Shown here piece after piece: positions 34,555-42,615 of a DNA stretch of 64,000 bases; positions within the stretch are counted from its first letter, which is position 1; each line of letters opens with the position of its first letter. Made by a program: the position numbers and the translations under genes. The stretch comes from Candidatus Saccharimonadota bacterium (GTDB taxonomy: Bacteria > Patescibacteriota > Saccharimonadia > Saccharimonadales > UBA10212), in assembly GCA_016187125.1 (NCBI GenBank), contig JACPKF010000001.1:102931-166930 (forward strand), written 5' to 3'. The notes beneath the pieces were generated by a model, which searched no databases, was not told the origin of the DNA, and was given only the letters and a program-made list of their open reading frames with translations.

Positions 34555-35412
34555 TCATTGGTGTTCGCTCCGGATCTTGCCTTGAAGAGTGCGCAGCTCG
34601 TGCAAAGCTTTTTTGGCTTCATCGTGATTGGGCGGTTTACCATGCCAGTGAAAATCATACTCCATAAAATCGACACCCTTGCCCGGTATGGTATGGGCTA
34701 GAATAACCGTTGGTTTTTCGACGATGGCTTTGGCCATAGCAGCAGCATCAATCACCGCTGCTATGTCGTTGCCGTCAATTTCCAGGACGTGCCAGCCAAA
34801 AGCCTCCCATTTATCACGTAAGTTTTCCAGCGGCATGACGCTTTCGGTGGGCCCATCTATCTGAATATTGTTTCGGTCAATTATGGCTATTAAGTTATTT
34901 AGCCGATACTTGCTGGCTAACATGGCCGCTTCCCAGCTGTTGCCTTCGTCTAACTCGCCATCGCTCATGGCCGCATAAACCCAGCGATGACTTGCCCCAT
35001 CCATCCTGAGAGCCAGTGCCATACCGCAGGCTTGGCTAAGACCACTGCCCAGCGGTCCGCTAGTTGTCTCCAGCCCGGGCAACCTTAGCCGTTCTGGGTG
35101 TCCTTGTAACCTGGAGCCTAGACGGCGCAGAGTCATTAACTCTTTCTTGGGAAAGTAGCCGGCGTGAGCCATAACCGCATATCTAACCGGTACGCAGTGG
35201 CCGTTGGATTGCACCAAAATATCGCGCTCCGGCCAGTCAGGGTTTTTGGAATCGTGCTTCAGAATCTGAAAATAAAGCGCCGTATATATATCGGCCAGAC
35301 CAAGTGGCCCAGCGGAGTGCCCACTACCGGCCTGTTCCAGCATTTTAACTATGTCTATGCGAATATCGTTCGCTTTTTGCTGTAACTCCTCAATCGTTAA
35401 ATCAGTACTCAT
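34555..35412 (-). CDS. tkt: Transketolase, N-terminal (TPP-binding) subunit
   Basis: GSGHSAGPLGLADIYTALYF and SDGELDEGNSWEA. The ATG at 35412 is preceded by AAGGAG (MSTDLTIEEL), so it is preferred over 35460. Confidence 0.93.
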   Translation of the reverse strand: MSTDLTIEELQQKANDIRIDIVKMLEQAGSGHSAGPLGLADIYTALYFQILKHDSKNPDWPERDILVQSNGHCVPVRYAVMAHAGYFPKKELMTLRRLGSRLQGHPERLRLPGLETTSGPLGSGLSQACGMALALRMDGASHRWVYAAMSDGELDEGNSWEAAMLASKYRLNNLIAIIDRNNIQIDGPTESVMPLENLRDKWEAFGWHVLEIDGNDIAAVIDAAAMAKAIVEKPTVILAHTIPGKGVDFMEYDFHWHGKPPNHDEAKKALHELRTLQGKIRSEHQ

Positions 35413-35465
35413 ACTCCTTATGACTATACTCACTTTTACTCCTCTAATCAAAACAGCCAATGTAT

Positions 35466-35479
35466 TTCACGATCGTGAA
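35466..35479. promoter_or_regulatory. Candidate operator palindrome in the tkt / PaaX-like divergent region
   Basis: TTCACGATCGTGAA. The same 14-mer is the centre of the 30-bp palindrome at 36069-36098. Confidence 0.5.
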
Positions 35480-35499
35480 CTTTTATGTAGTATTAGTGG

Positions 35500-36066
35500 A
35501 TGGGAAAATATATCTGGCCCCATCAGTTGGGAAATGCAACCACGTGGTATTTGAGAGTACTGTCAGGTAAACAGAGGCTTAGCATTGATGCTATGATGGC
35601 CGAACAAATACACGCTAAAACCCATCGGCACAACCGAATCCAAATACGACGCCAGTTAGGTTTTATGTTAAGTAAAGGTCTAGTGGAAAAAAGAGGCAGC
35701 TATCGTGCTGCCGAATATCAAATATCCTCTCGCGGTACAGCAAGGCTCGAAGAACTTACTTTATCCCAGCTGCAAGCAACATCTTCAGTTTGGGATGGAA
35801 AGTGGAGGCTAGTTTTTTTTGATATTCCGGAGGTATCGCGCTCGGCCCGCGACCAAATCAGGCGACTCCTCAAGGAACTTGGGTTTAAACAGTTGCAGCT
35901 AAGCGTGTGGGTCCACCCTTTGCCCTGCTTAGACTATTTCCAAAAAATCCAAGAAGCATATGGAATTAAAAATCATTTATTTTTGGCGCAAACTTCTGAA
36001 ATCAATATCCCTGACTCAGTTCTTGCCCACTTCCGACGAAACTACCCAAAACAAAAGATAAAATAA
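35500..36066 (+). CDS. PaaX-like winged-helix regulator with Cas2-like C-terminal domain
   Basis: wHTH region (RRQLGFMLSKGLVEKRG) and WDGKWRLVFFDIPEVSRSARDQIRRLLKELGFKQLQLSVWVHP (PaaX/Cas2-like fold signature). Confidence 0.7.
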   Translation: MGKYIWPHQLGNATTWYLRVLSGKQRLSIDAMMAEQIHAKTHRHNRIQIRRQLGFMLSKGLVEKRGSYRAAEYQISSRGTARLEELTLSQLQATSSVWDGKWRLVFFDIPEVSRSARDQIRRLLKELGFKQLQLSVWVHPLPCLDYFQKIQEAYGIKNHLFLAQTSEINIPDSVLAHFRRNYPKQKIK

Positions 36067-36068
36067 TA

Positions 36069-36098
36069 CAACCAATTTCACGATCGTGAAATTGGTTG
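36069..36098. promoter_or_regulatory. 30-bp perfect palindrome downstream of the PaaX-like gene (operator and/or bidirectional terminator)
   Basis: CAACCAATTTCACGATCGTGAAATTGGTTG, between the convergent PaaX-like and rpe genes. Confidence 0.5.
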
Positions 36099-36145
36099 GT
36101 TGTTTGTTGAAAGGCCTCAACAAACCGCCCGGCGAGCGGGGAACG

Positions 36146-36844
36146 CTAGGTCGTGTCAGTTTCTTCAGCAATTCGTTCCAGTGCATGAAAAGCCCGCTCG
36201 GGATCATCAGCGTTTTGAATAAAGCCGCCAACATTGAGTACGTCAACACCGCCACTAACAAGCTGCGCAATGTTCTGGCTGTTAATGCCACCATCCCAGC
36301 CGATTTCCAGATCATGCTTATGGTTTTTGAGAAAATCAACTTTCTTGAGCAGATCAAGATCGGCATGGCCGCCAAATTTGCCTAGGTCGCCACTAAAAAT
36401 CAAAACGTGGTCGATATGATAAAGGGCCGGCACAATAGAAGCTGGATGTGAATTTGGCAGTAGGGCGATACCGATTTTAACGTTTCTTTTGCGGCAAAGA
36501 CGGGCGATTGGGTCAAAGCGGCCGCTAGCCTCGGCGTGAATTATTAGCATATGCGGACCGTGCTCCAACAAGGCCGCGACGGCTGACTGCGGATTTTTAT
36601 ACATCAGATGGAAATCGGCTTGCAGACCCACCGGCCACCAGGTTTGCTCCGGGTTAATCGTTCGAGGCGCGGCAAAAATCCCGTCCGTTAAGTCAATCTG
36701 AATGCGATGGGCAAAAGGCGCGATTCTCTCCATTTGAGTCCTATACTGCTCATCGGTTGATGCGCCAGTTATGGTCGGACAAATAACCGGCATCTCAGCT
36801 ATTTTTATCGAGTTTTTCATGGCGGCGGATATGACGCGGCTCAT
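36146..36844 (-). CDS. rpe: Ribulose-phosphate 3-epimerase family protein
   Basis: Ribulose-phosphate-binding barrel pattern (IQIDLTDGIF, HAEA, IGIALLPNS, VLIFSGDLGKFGG, GWDGGIN, NVGGFI). The real start may be the ATG at 36793, 1 nt after the rpiB stop. Confidence 0.75.
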   Translation of the reverse strand: MSRVISAAMKNSIKIAEMPVICPTITGASTDEQYRTQMERIAPFAHRIQIDLTDGIFAAPRTINPEQTWWPVGLQADFHLMYKNPQSAVAALLEHGPHMLIIHAEASGRFDPIARLCRKRNVKIGIALLPNSHPASIVPALYHIDHVLIFSGDLGKFGGHADLDLLKKVDFLKNHKHDLEIGWDGGINSQNIAQLVSGGVDVLNVGGFIQNADDPERAFHALERIAEETDTT

Positions 36845-37289
36845 CAGAAAATGGAGTTTCCAGCCACAGTTTTATTACAGACTTCATTTCTTCTAAGGTG
36901 ACGTAAGAGGCGGCCAAACTTAACATGTTGGCGTCATTGTGCTCCCGCGTCCGGCGAACAATTTCATAAGGGTTATGGCTAACTTCGCCACTAGCATCGA
37001 CGACTCCTTTGGGAACTGCCGGACCGTAAAATACCCCGCAGCGTACTCCTTTAATCCGGTTAGCGGCCATGGCTTCGCCTTGTCCACTGCGTCCCAAAAT
37101 TATCCCAAATGGGCATTCGCCGCTGGCTACGGCCCTAGCCGCCGGAATCACAAAATCCGGATAGTCATCGGCCGGGTCCAGTGATTTGGGACCGAAATCA
37201 TGTACCTCATGGCCAAGCGACTCTAAATAACTTTTTAGCTCTTTGAGTTGCTCAAAACCGGCGTGGTCAGTAGCCAAAGCTATGTTCAT
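36795..37289 (-). CDS. rpiB: Ribose-5-phosphate isomerase B
   Basis: MNIALATDHAGFEQLKELKSYLESLGHEVHDFG and GILGRSGQGEAMAANR (RpiB/LacAB family). Confidence 0.92.
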   Translation of the reverse strand: MNIALATDHAGFEQLKELKSYLESLGHEVHDFGPKSLDPADDYPDFVIPAARAVASGECPFGIILGRSGQGEAMAANRIKGVRCGVFYGPAVPKGVVDASGEVSHNPYEIVRRTREHNDANMLSLAASYVTLEEMKSVIKLWLETPFSDEPRHIRRHEKLDKNS

Positions 37290-37326
37290 CTTTATTTGCC
37301 TATCTTATTACTTCTCCTACTATATA

Positions 37327-37531
37327 GGAAAAGACAGCCCGAGCAGCGGATTTATTCCGCCCGTTCGACCCTTTCGACAGATGCTCAGGGTCGTCCTGTC
37401 TTCGACTCCGAGGTCGCTCAGACTCGAGGAGAGGATAGTCTAAGGACAACATGTTCAGGGCGGCCTGAGCAGCAGTCGAAGGCCGTGCCGGATCAGATGA
37501 GAAAAACTCAGTTTGTCTCATAAGCGAAGCG
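37327..37531 (-). repeat. Modular intergenic element R1, copy 3, carrying an extra insert of about 130 bp
   Basis: Minus strand: GCGCTTCGCTTATGAGACA, hairpin (gagacaaact/agtttttctc), a 130-bp ttcgac/gctcag-rich segment, GCGGAATAAATCCGC, TGCTCGGGCTGTCTTTTCC. Starts at the gap stop codon. Confidence 0.7.
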
Positions 37532-38863
37532 CTAATAACGGCGATAGCCCTCCAATTTAGTACCGCTGCTGACGCTAGGCTCAGACGAGGTATTGGCGCT
37601 GGGATCTAGGGGTTTATCTTGCCTTGGCTGATCAGTAGCAGCCCCACCTATAATGTCTGGTGGAGCCAATAATTCTTCTGGCTCAGGGGCTTCGAGCAAA
37701 GGCTCATCATAAGTTACAGGTACCAGAGTTGGGGACTGAGGTGGGGCCTTTTTTGACATAGGCTGATCCTCCACTGGCTGGCCTTTAGACTCAGCTTCTT
37801 GGAGCAGCCTCCCAACGTCGGCGGTCATTTCCACTAAACGGTTGGAGTATCCCCATTCATTGTCATACCAAGCTATAACTTTGACCATATTACCGGCCGC
37901 TACTTTAGTTAAGCCAAGATCAACAATCGCCGAGTGACTGTTGCCTATAAAGTCGCTGCTAACCAACTCATCCTCTGTGACATCCAAAATTCCTTGGTAA
38001 AAAGGCTCAGCAGCGGCTTTTTTAAAAGCCTGATTGACTTCGTCAACCGTCACATCACGCTTGGTAATAACCACCAGATCAATTAGCGACACAACCGGTG
38101 TTGGTACGCGGATACTCAAGCCTTCAAATATACCTTCGACTACCGGCAGAGCTTGGGCCACTGATATTGACGCGCCAGTGGTAGTCGGCACGATGTTGCT
38201 AGCGGCGTTGCGAGCTTCGCGCAGATCTTTGGCCGGAGCATCTTGCAACCGCTGAGAGGCGGTATAGCTGTGAACCGTCGTCATCATAGCTTTCTCTACA
38301 CCAAAAGACGCTTCAATTACGGCCAAAACCGGAGCCACGCAGTTAGTCGTGCATGATCCGTTATTAATAATTTCAGCGGCGTGATCGAGCGCTTCCTCGT
38401 TAACACCTAAAACTACTGTTGCCGAACCATCGCCCTTAGCCGGAGCGCTGATAATTACCCTTTTGGCGCCGGCTGTGATGTGGGCTTTGGCTTTGGCCGG
38501 GTCGGTAAACAAGCCGGTGGATTCAATCACTACATCGACTGCCATGTCTTTCCAGGGCAGCTGGGCTGGGTCTTTTTCGGCTAGTACCCGGATTTTTTGG
38601 CCCTCGACTATCAAATTCTGCTGGTCAAAATCAACCCGGCGGGGATATTCGCCGTAGTTGCTGTCGTGTTTTAAAAGATGAGCCAGGGTCTTAGTATCGG
38701 CCAGGTCATTAACGGCCACGATTTGCAGATCGCTGCGCTCAAAAGCTATCTTGAAAGCGTTGCGGCCAATACGTCCAAAACCGTTGATGGCAATTTTGAT
38801 TTTTGCAGCGACCCCACCTTGATCCATAACAGAATTATATAACGCTTGTGTTAAGTGCGACAA
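37532..38863 (-). CDS. gap: Glyceraldehyde-3-phosphate dehydrogenase with about 90-aa Pro/Glu-rich C-terminal extension
   Basis: INGFGRIGR, SCTTNC, WYDNEWGYS. The canonical fold ends near residue 352 of 443. The real start is possibly the ATG at 38827. Confidence 0.93.
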   Translation of the reverse strand: MSHLTQALYNSVMDQGGVAAKIKIAINGFGRIGRNAFKIAFERSDLQIVAVNDLADTKTLAHLLKHDSNYGEYPRRVDFDQQNLIVEGQKIRVLAEKDPAQLPWKDMAVDVVIESTGLFTDPAKAKAHITAGAKRVIISAPAKGDGSATVVLGVNEEALDHAAEIINNGSCTTNCVAPVLAVIEASFGVEKAMMTTVHSYTASQRLQDAPAKDLREARNAASNIVPTTTGASISVAQALPVVEGIFEGLSIRVPTPVVSLIDLVVITKRDVTVDEVNQAFKKAAAEPFYQGILDVTEDELVSSDFIGNSHSAIVDLGLTKVAAGNMVKVIAWYDNEWGYSNRLVEMTADVGRLLQEAESKGQPVEDQPMSKKAPPQSPTLVPVTYDEPLLEAPEPEELLAPPDIIGGAATDQPRQDKPLDPSANTSSEPSVSSGTKLEGYRRY

Positions 38864-38886
38864 GAGATTGTGGGTTTCGTCGAGAT

Positions 38887-39489
38887 TTATTTGACTTTTT
38901 TGTCGTCTACTTCACGACCTTCGAATTCCGGTAAGTTCAGAAGTTGGTCTATGGTTTCCAAATTTTCAAAAATCCCATGGGCCTCAGCCAGATAGCCGGC
39001 TTTATTCAAAACCTGCTTTTTTACTTCTTCAAAGGCCAGCTTTTGGACCACAATCTTTTCGCCGGCGTCCAATTTTGGCTCGGTTTGCTTGTCTGCGTCC
39101 CAGGCAAGGTAGTAATAGATAAACCACTCTATTTTTTTATGCGGCTGAACAACTTTTACCAGCCGCCAATTACTGAATTCATAGCCAGTCTCCTCCAGAA
39201 TTTCGCGCCTAGCAGCGCTCACCACATCCTCGTCTGTTTTATCTACTCGGCCACCGGGAAAACTTAGGCTCAGGCCGCTATGCGGCTGCTGTTCCTTCAG
39301 CACTAAAATATCGTCACCCACTAGCGATATTACGATCACGGTATCGGGACGCTTGAGCATCTCAAAGGTGTAGCTTGAGCCGTCAAACATGGTTTGCGGC
39401 CACTGGTAAACGTCAAATATCTGGCCCTCAAAAACTTTTTTTGCCTCCTCAGGGATAAGGACAGCATTTTTTGGCACTACTTTTTTCAT
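38887..39489 (-). CDS. NUDIX hydrolase (ADP-ribose pyrophosphatase-like)
   Basis: Nudix box GGRVDKTDEDVVSAARREILEETGY. Confidence 0.85.
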   Translation of the reverse strand: MKKVVPKNAVLIPEEAKKVFEGQIFDVYQWPQTMFDGSSYTFEMLKRPDTVIVISLVGDDILVLKEQQPHSGLSLSFPGGRVDKTDEDVVSAARREILEETGYEFSNWRLVKVVQPHKKIEWFIYYYLAWDADKQTEPKLDAGEKIVVQKLAFEEVKKQVLNKAGYLAEAHGIFENLETIDQLLNLPEFEGREVDDKKVK

Positions 39490-39491
39490 CT

Positions 39492-40037
39492 CTAAGCGTT
39501 ATTGGCACGCTCTAAAGATTCGGTAATCACTTGGCGGGCTTCGCTGGCATCGCCCCACCCCTTGAACTCAACTTTTACACCCTGCCAATTATTCTTCCAG
39601 TCTTTAACATGAGTGTAAAAATGCTCGACACGCTTTTTGAAGTTGGGCTCTAGATCTTCTACGCTTTTAATATGGTCTTTGCTAATATCATCAGTTGCTA
39701 CACAAATAAGTTTTTCGTCCTCGTCTCCGTCGTCAATCATAAAAAGCACACCAATTGGGCGAGCCGACACTAAAGTACCAATCGCAATAGGTTCGTCGAT
39801 GACAAGTAATGCGTCCAGCGGATCGCCGTCTTTACAAAGAGTCTGGGGAACATAGCCATAGTCTGTTGGATAACCTAAAGTTGTAGCATTCACACGATCT
39901 AAAATTCTCCGGCCAGTTTTTTTGTCGGTTTCATATTTATTCCTACCGCCGCCTTTTTGGATTTCTATAATCAAATTCACCTGATCTGGAGCACTTTCAC
40001 CGGCAGTAACTTCTTGATATGCCACTTTTCCTCCCAA
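39492..40037 (-). CDS. ppa: Inorganic pyrophosphatase (family I)
   Basis: IEIQKGGGRNKYE, YGYVPQT, DGDPLDALLV, IDDGDEDEK. Confidence 0.93.
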   Translation of the reverse strand: MGGKVAYQEVTAGESAPDQVNLIIEIQKGGGRNKYETDKKTGRRILDRVNATTLGYPTDYGYVPQTLCKDGDPLDALLVIDEPIAIGTLVSARPIGVLFMIDDGDEDEKLICVATDDISKDHIKSVEDLEPNFKKRVEHFYTHVKDWKNNWQGVKVEFKGWGDASEARQVITESLERANNA

Positions 40038-40097
40038 CTATTTTCTAGTTACTAATTCCTAATTTATAGCCATATTGTACACTAAGAACTGGATGAA

Positions 40098-40202
40098 TCC
40101 CGTTAGACTCCACTTAACCTTTTGTTGCTGGTTAACGATTGATAAACAGTTTAGGTTTCAGTCGTCCTATAATTTCCGTGGGCGTTTTGGAGTCTAACGG
40201 GA
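40098..40202. mobile_element. MITE-like palindromic element, copy B (long form)
   Basis: TGAA|TCCCGTTAGACTCC (40098-40111) ... GGAGTCTAACGGGA (40189-40202)|TGAA. Interior ends resemble copy A (acttaacc..., ...tttccgtgggcgtttt). Confidence 0.75.
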
Positions 40203-40897
40203 TGAAGATTATCGCCCATCGTGGAGCTAGAGGCATCCTAACCGAAAACAGCTTGCCCGCTTTAAAATTCGCGGCCGATTTACCAATTGACGCGATTGAG
40301 TTTGATGTGCGCGTTAGTCAAGATAAAAAGCTTGTCATTTGTCATAACCAGAATCTAAAGAATGTTTACGGCCTTGACAAAAACATTGGCCAGCTGACGC
40401 TTGAGGAGCTACAAAAGATAAAATCGCCGTCCGGCGAAACAATTCTAACTTTGGAGCAAGTGATGGAATTTGATTTTGGCAAAACCCTGGTGCTCGACAT
40501 TAAGCAGCAGAACACTGCCGATCTAGTGCATGAAACTTTGCAATCCATCAAGGTAAAGAACGCTTGGTCGGTGACTTCGCTGTTTCCTGCCAATCTGGTT
40601 CGTTTAAAACAGCTTTACCCCAAACTGGACACCAATTTACAAACATATAAACGTCCCCTCAAGACAATCCGCAAAGCCCAAGAAATAGGAGCTACTTCGG
40701 TGACACTTGTGCTGTATTTATTAAACCCTTTGACTTACTGGTGGGCCCGGCGAGCCGGACTTAAAGTTTGGACTTACCAAAACTATTTGTCTTTCTTATT
40801 AACTTGGCGCTGGCTGGCTAGACTACTTTTTGTACTTTATCCGTCACTTACTATTGTCACTGATCGACCGGATAAAATAGCTTCGCTAAAAAAATAA
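40202..40897 (+). CDS. Glycerophosphodiester phosphodiesterase (GDPD family)
   Basis: MKIIAHRGARG..ENSLPALKFA..IEFDVRVSQDKKLVICHN. Start set to the ATG at 40202. The ORF-track start at 40139 lies inside the element. Confidence 0.85.
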   Translation: MKIIAHRGARGILTENSLPALKFAADLPIDAIEFDVRVSQDKKLVICHNQNLKNVYGLDKNIGQLTLEELQKIKSPSGETILTLEQVMEFDFGKTLVLDIKQQNTADLVHETLQSIKVKNAWSVTSLFPANLVRLKQLYPKLDTNLQTYKRPLKTIRKAQEIGATSVTLVLYLLNPLTYWWARRAGLKVWTYQNYLSFLLTWRWLARLLFVLYPSLTIVTDRPDKIASLKK

Positions 40898-40902
40898 AGT
40901 TT

Positions 40903-41904
40903 TTAGTACAGGGATGGGTGTCCAACTACTTCCGGCATTGGCCCGCGCTCCATAGCCTCTAAGTATTCACGAATCATTAAAGCGGCGGTTGCCCCCTCGC
41001 CGCTAGCACTGGCTATTTGCAGCGTGGCGCCGGAACGGACATCGCCGGCAGCAAAAACTCCGCGAACGTTGGTCATTAAATGTTCGTCAGTTTTGATAAA
41101 GCCGCGCTCATCCAGTTCTATGCCGGTGTCTGACAGAAACCCGGTGTTGGGCCTTAAGCCGACAAACACAAAAACGCCGTCCGTTGGAAATTCGACCTTG
41201 TTACCGTTTGTGGTATCTGTGCCAATGACCTTGGTTACTTTTCCGCCGGTCGGTGGATCGCCAGATGGCGGATTGCCGACAATTTCATCAGTCGAAGTAT
41301 TTAGATGAATAGTGATTTTATCCCTGCGTTTTTCTAATTCTTTGATTAAAACATCGCTAGCCTTTAGCTTACTGCGTACCAGCATATCTATATGAGTAGC
41401 AAATTTTGTTAGAAATAAACTTTCTTGAGCCGCCGAATTGCCGCCACCTACCACAACCAGTTTTTTGTCGCGATAAAATGCCCCATCGCAAGTAGCGCAA
41501 TAATGCACACCGTGGGCATAGTACTGCTCCTCGCCCGGCACGCCGATCTTTTTATATTCGCTGCCGGTGGCAATTAAAATAGCTTTAGCGTAAATGTCGC
41601 CCTCGGTAGTTGTTAGTTTTTTGAGCTGGCCTCGGTCTTCGATTGCTTGGACTTCGCCAAGCTCAATCTTGGCGCCAAAACGTTCGGCTTGCTGGCGCAT
41701 TTGTTCTGATAAATCCAGACCGGCAATGCCTTTAGCAAAACCCGGATAATTATCTACCCAGTCGGTCACAGCCGCCAAGCCGCCGATGGCGCCTTTTTCA
41801 AATAGCAAAGTTTCAATGTCTTCTCGGGAAGTATAAAGCGCTGCGGAAAGCGCCGCCGGCCCGGCGCCAATGATTACAAGATCGTGCGATTGTTTATTTT
41901 GCAT
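40903..41904 (-). CDS. trxB: Thioredoxin-disulfide reductase
   Basis: IIGAGPAALSAALY, redox-active CATCDG, VVGGGNSAAQE, FAAGDV. Confidence 0.94.
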   Translation of the reverse strand: MQNKQSHDLVIIGAGPAALSAALYTSREDIETLLFEKGAIGGLAAVTDWVDNYPGFAKGIAGLDLSEQMRQQAERFGAKIELGEVQAIEDRGQLKKLTTTEGDIYAKAILIATGSEYKKIGVPGEEQYYAHGVHYCATCDGAFYRDKKLVVVGGGNSAAQESLFLTKFATHIDMLVRSKLKASDVLIKELEKRRDKITIHLNTSTDEIVGNPPSGDPPTGGKVTKVIGTDTTNGNKVEFPTDGVFVFVGLRPNTGFLSDTGIELDERGFIKTDEHLMTNVRGVFAAGDVRSGATLQIASASGEGATAALMIREYLEAMERGPMPEVVGHPSLY

Positions 41905-41940
41905 TTACTATTTCCCAATTCACAATTATTAACCATTGTA

Positions 41941-42006
41941 GCCTACTCCGCCGTAGTAGCCTACGGCTACGATCCATTCTCCGTAGTACTACGAAGGACG
42001 AAAGGC
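41941..42006 (+). repeat. Element R2, copy 2
   Basis: GCCTACTCCGCCGTAGTAGCCTACGGCTACGATCCATTCTCCGTAGTACTACGAAGGACGAAAGGC. About 90% identical to 31903-31962 with a 6-nt indel. Confidence 0.75.
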
Positions 42007-42089
42007 CGGGCATTTACCAAGGTACTTTTTTGGAAATGCCGAAATGTAAAGTAATTCGGCTAATGGAAATTGGTAAACGACAAATTTAT

Positions 42090-42338
42090 CTAGGCTATAG
42101 CTGGAGCTAGTTTTTGGAGGTTATAGCCTATGATCACGTCCTGAGAGTCGTCTTGTTTAGTGACAATCGTAATTGGCACAGTCAGAGCGCCGCTAACTTT
42201 AAAGACTTCATCTTGGCGATCCGGGTGTTCTTCTAGATTAACCTCGTCGTAACTCAGGCCTTTGCTATGCAAATAGCGCTTGACCATAGGGCAGTAAGAG
42301 CAAGTGTTAGTAGTAAAGATAGTTATATTTTTTGGCAT
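42090..42338 (-). CDS. Glutaredoxin/NrdH-like thioredoxin-fold protein
   Basis: MPKNITIFTTNTCSYCPMVKRYL (CxxC). ATG at 42338 is preferred; the upstream part of the ORF (to 42437) is low-complexity. Confidence 0.8.
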   Translation of the reverse strand: MPKNITIFTTNTCSYCPMVKRYLHSKGLSYDEVNLEEHPDRQDEVFKVSGALTVPITIVTKQDDSQDVIIGYNLQKLAPAIA

Positions 42339-42615
42339 TCGAGGGTTCCTTTTTGTTAATTTTTCTTGATCTGGACTAATGATATATGGTGCCGGCAGTA
42401 AAAGCAATAGCACTACATATTGTGGTTTTTGCACCAAATATACACACCGCCCGCCTTCTGTCCCCGCCGTGGCGTGGCCATGCGGCGGGCTCTTGGCACG
42501 CTGCAGCGTTGCTTAGCTACGGTACGTCCTCACCGTATTGAGTATACGGCTGCGGGCGTTCCTCGCTAGCGCCTTGCATCGCACCCAAGTGTGAACATTT
42601 GGTTGCCAAAAAATT

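Noticed and set aside
37248-37523. 91-aa (+) and 73-aa (-) ORFs in the gap-rpiB spacer.
   Set aside because: They coincide with the composite R1 repeat, have no RBS, and have biased Arg/Ser/Pro-rich sequence. The region is explained by the repeat element.
40139-40201. N-terminal extensions of ORFs at GDPD (start 40139), yraN (to 12576) and gatC (to 25884).
   Set aside because: The extra codons are encoded by the terminal inverted repeats of the MITE-like elements (the ..ESNG / GSNG / SIG peptides). The conserved protein N-termini begin at the internal ATG formed at the element boundary.
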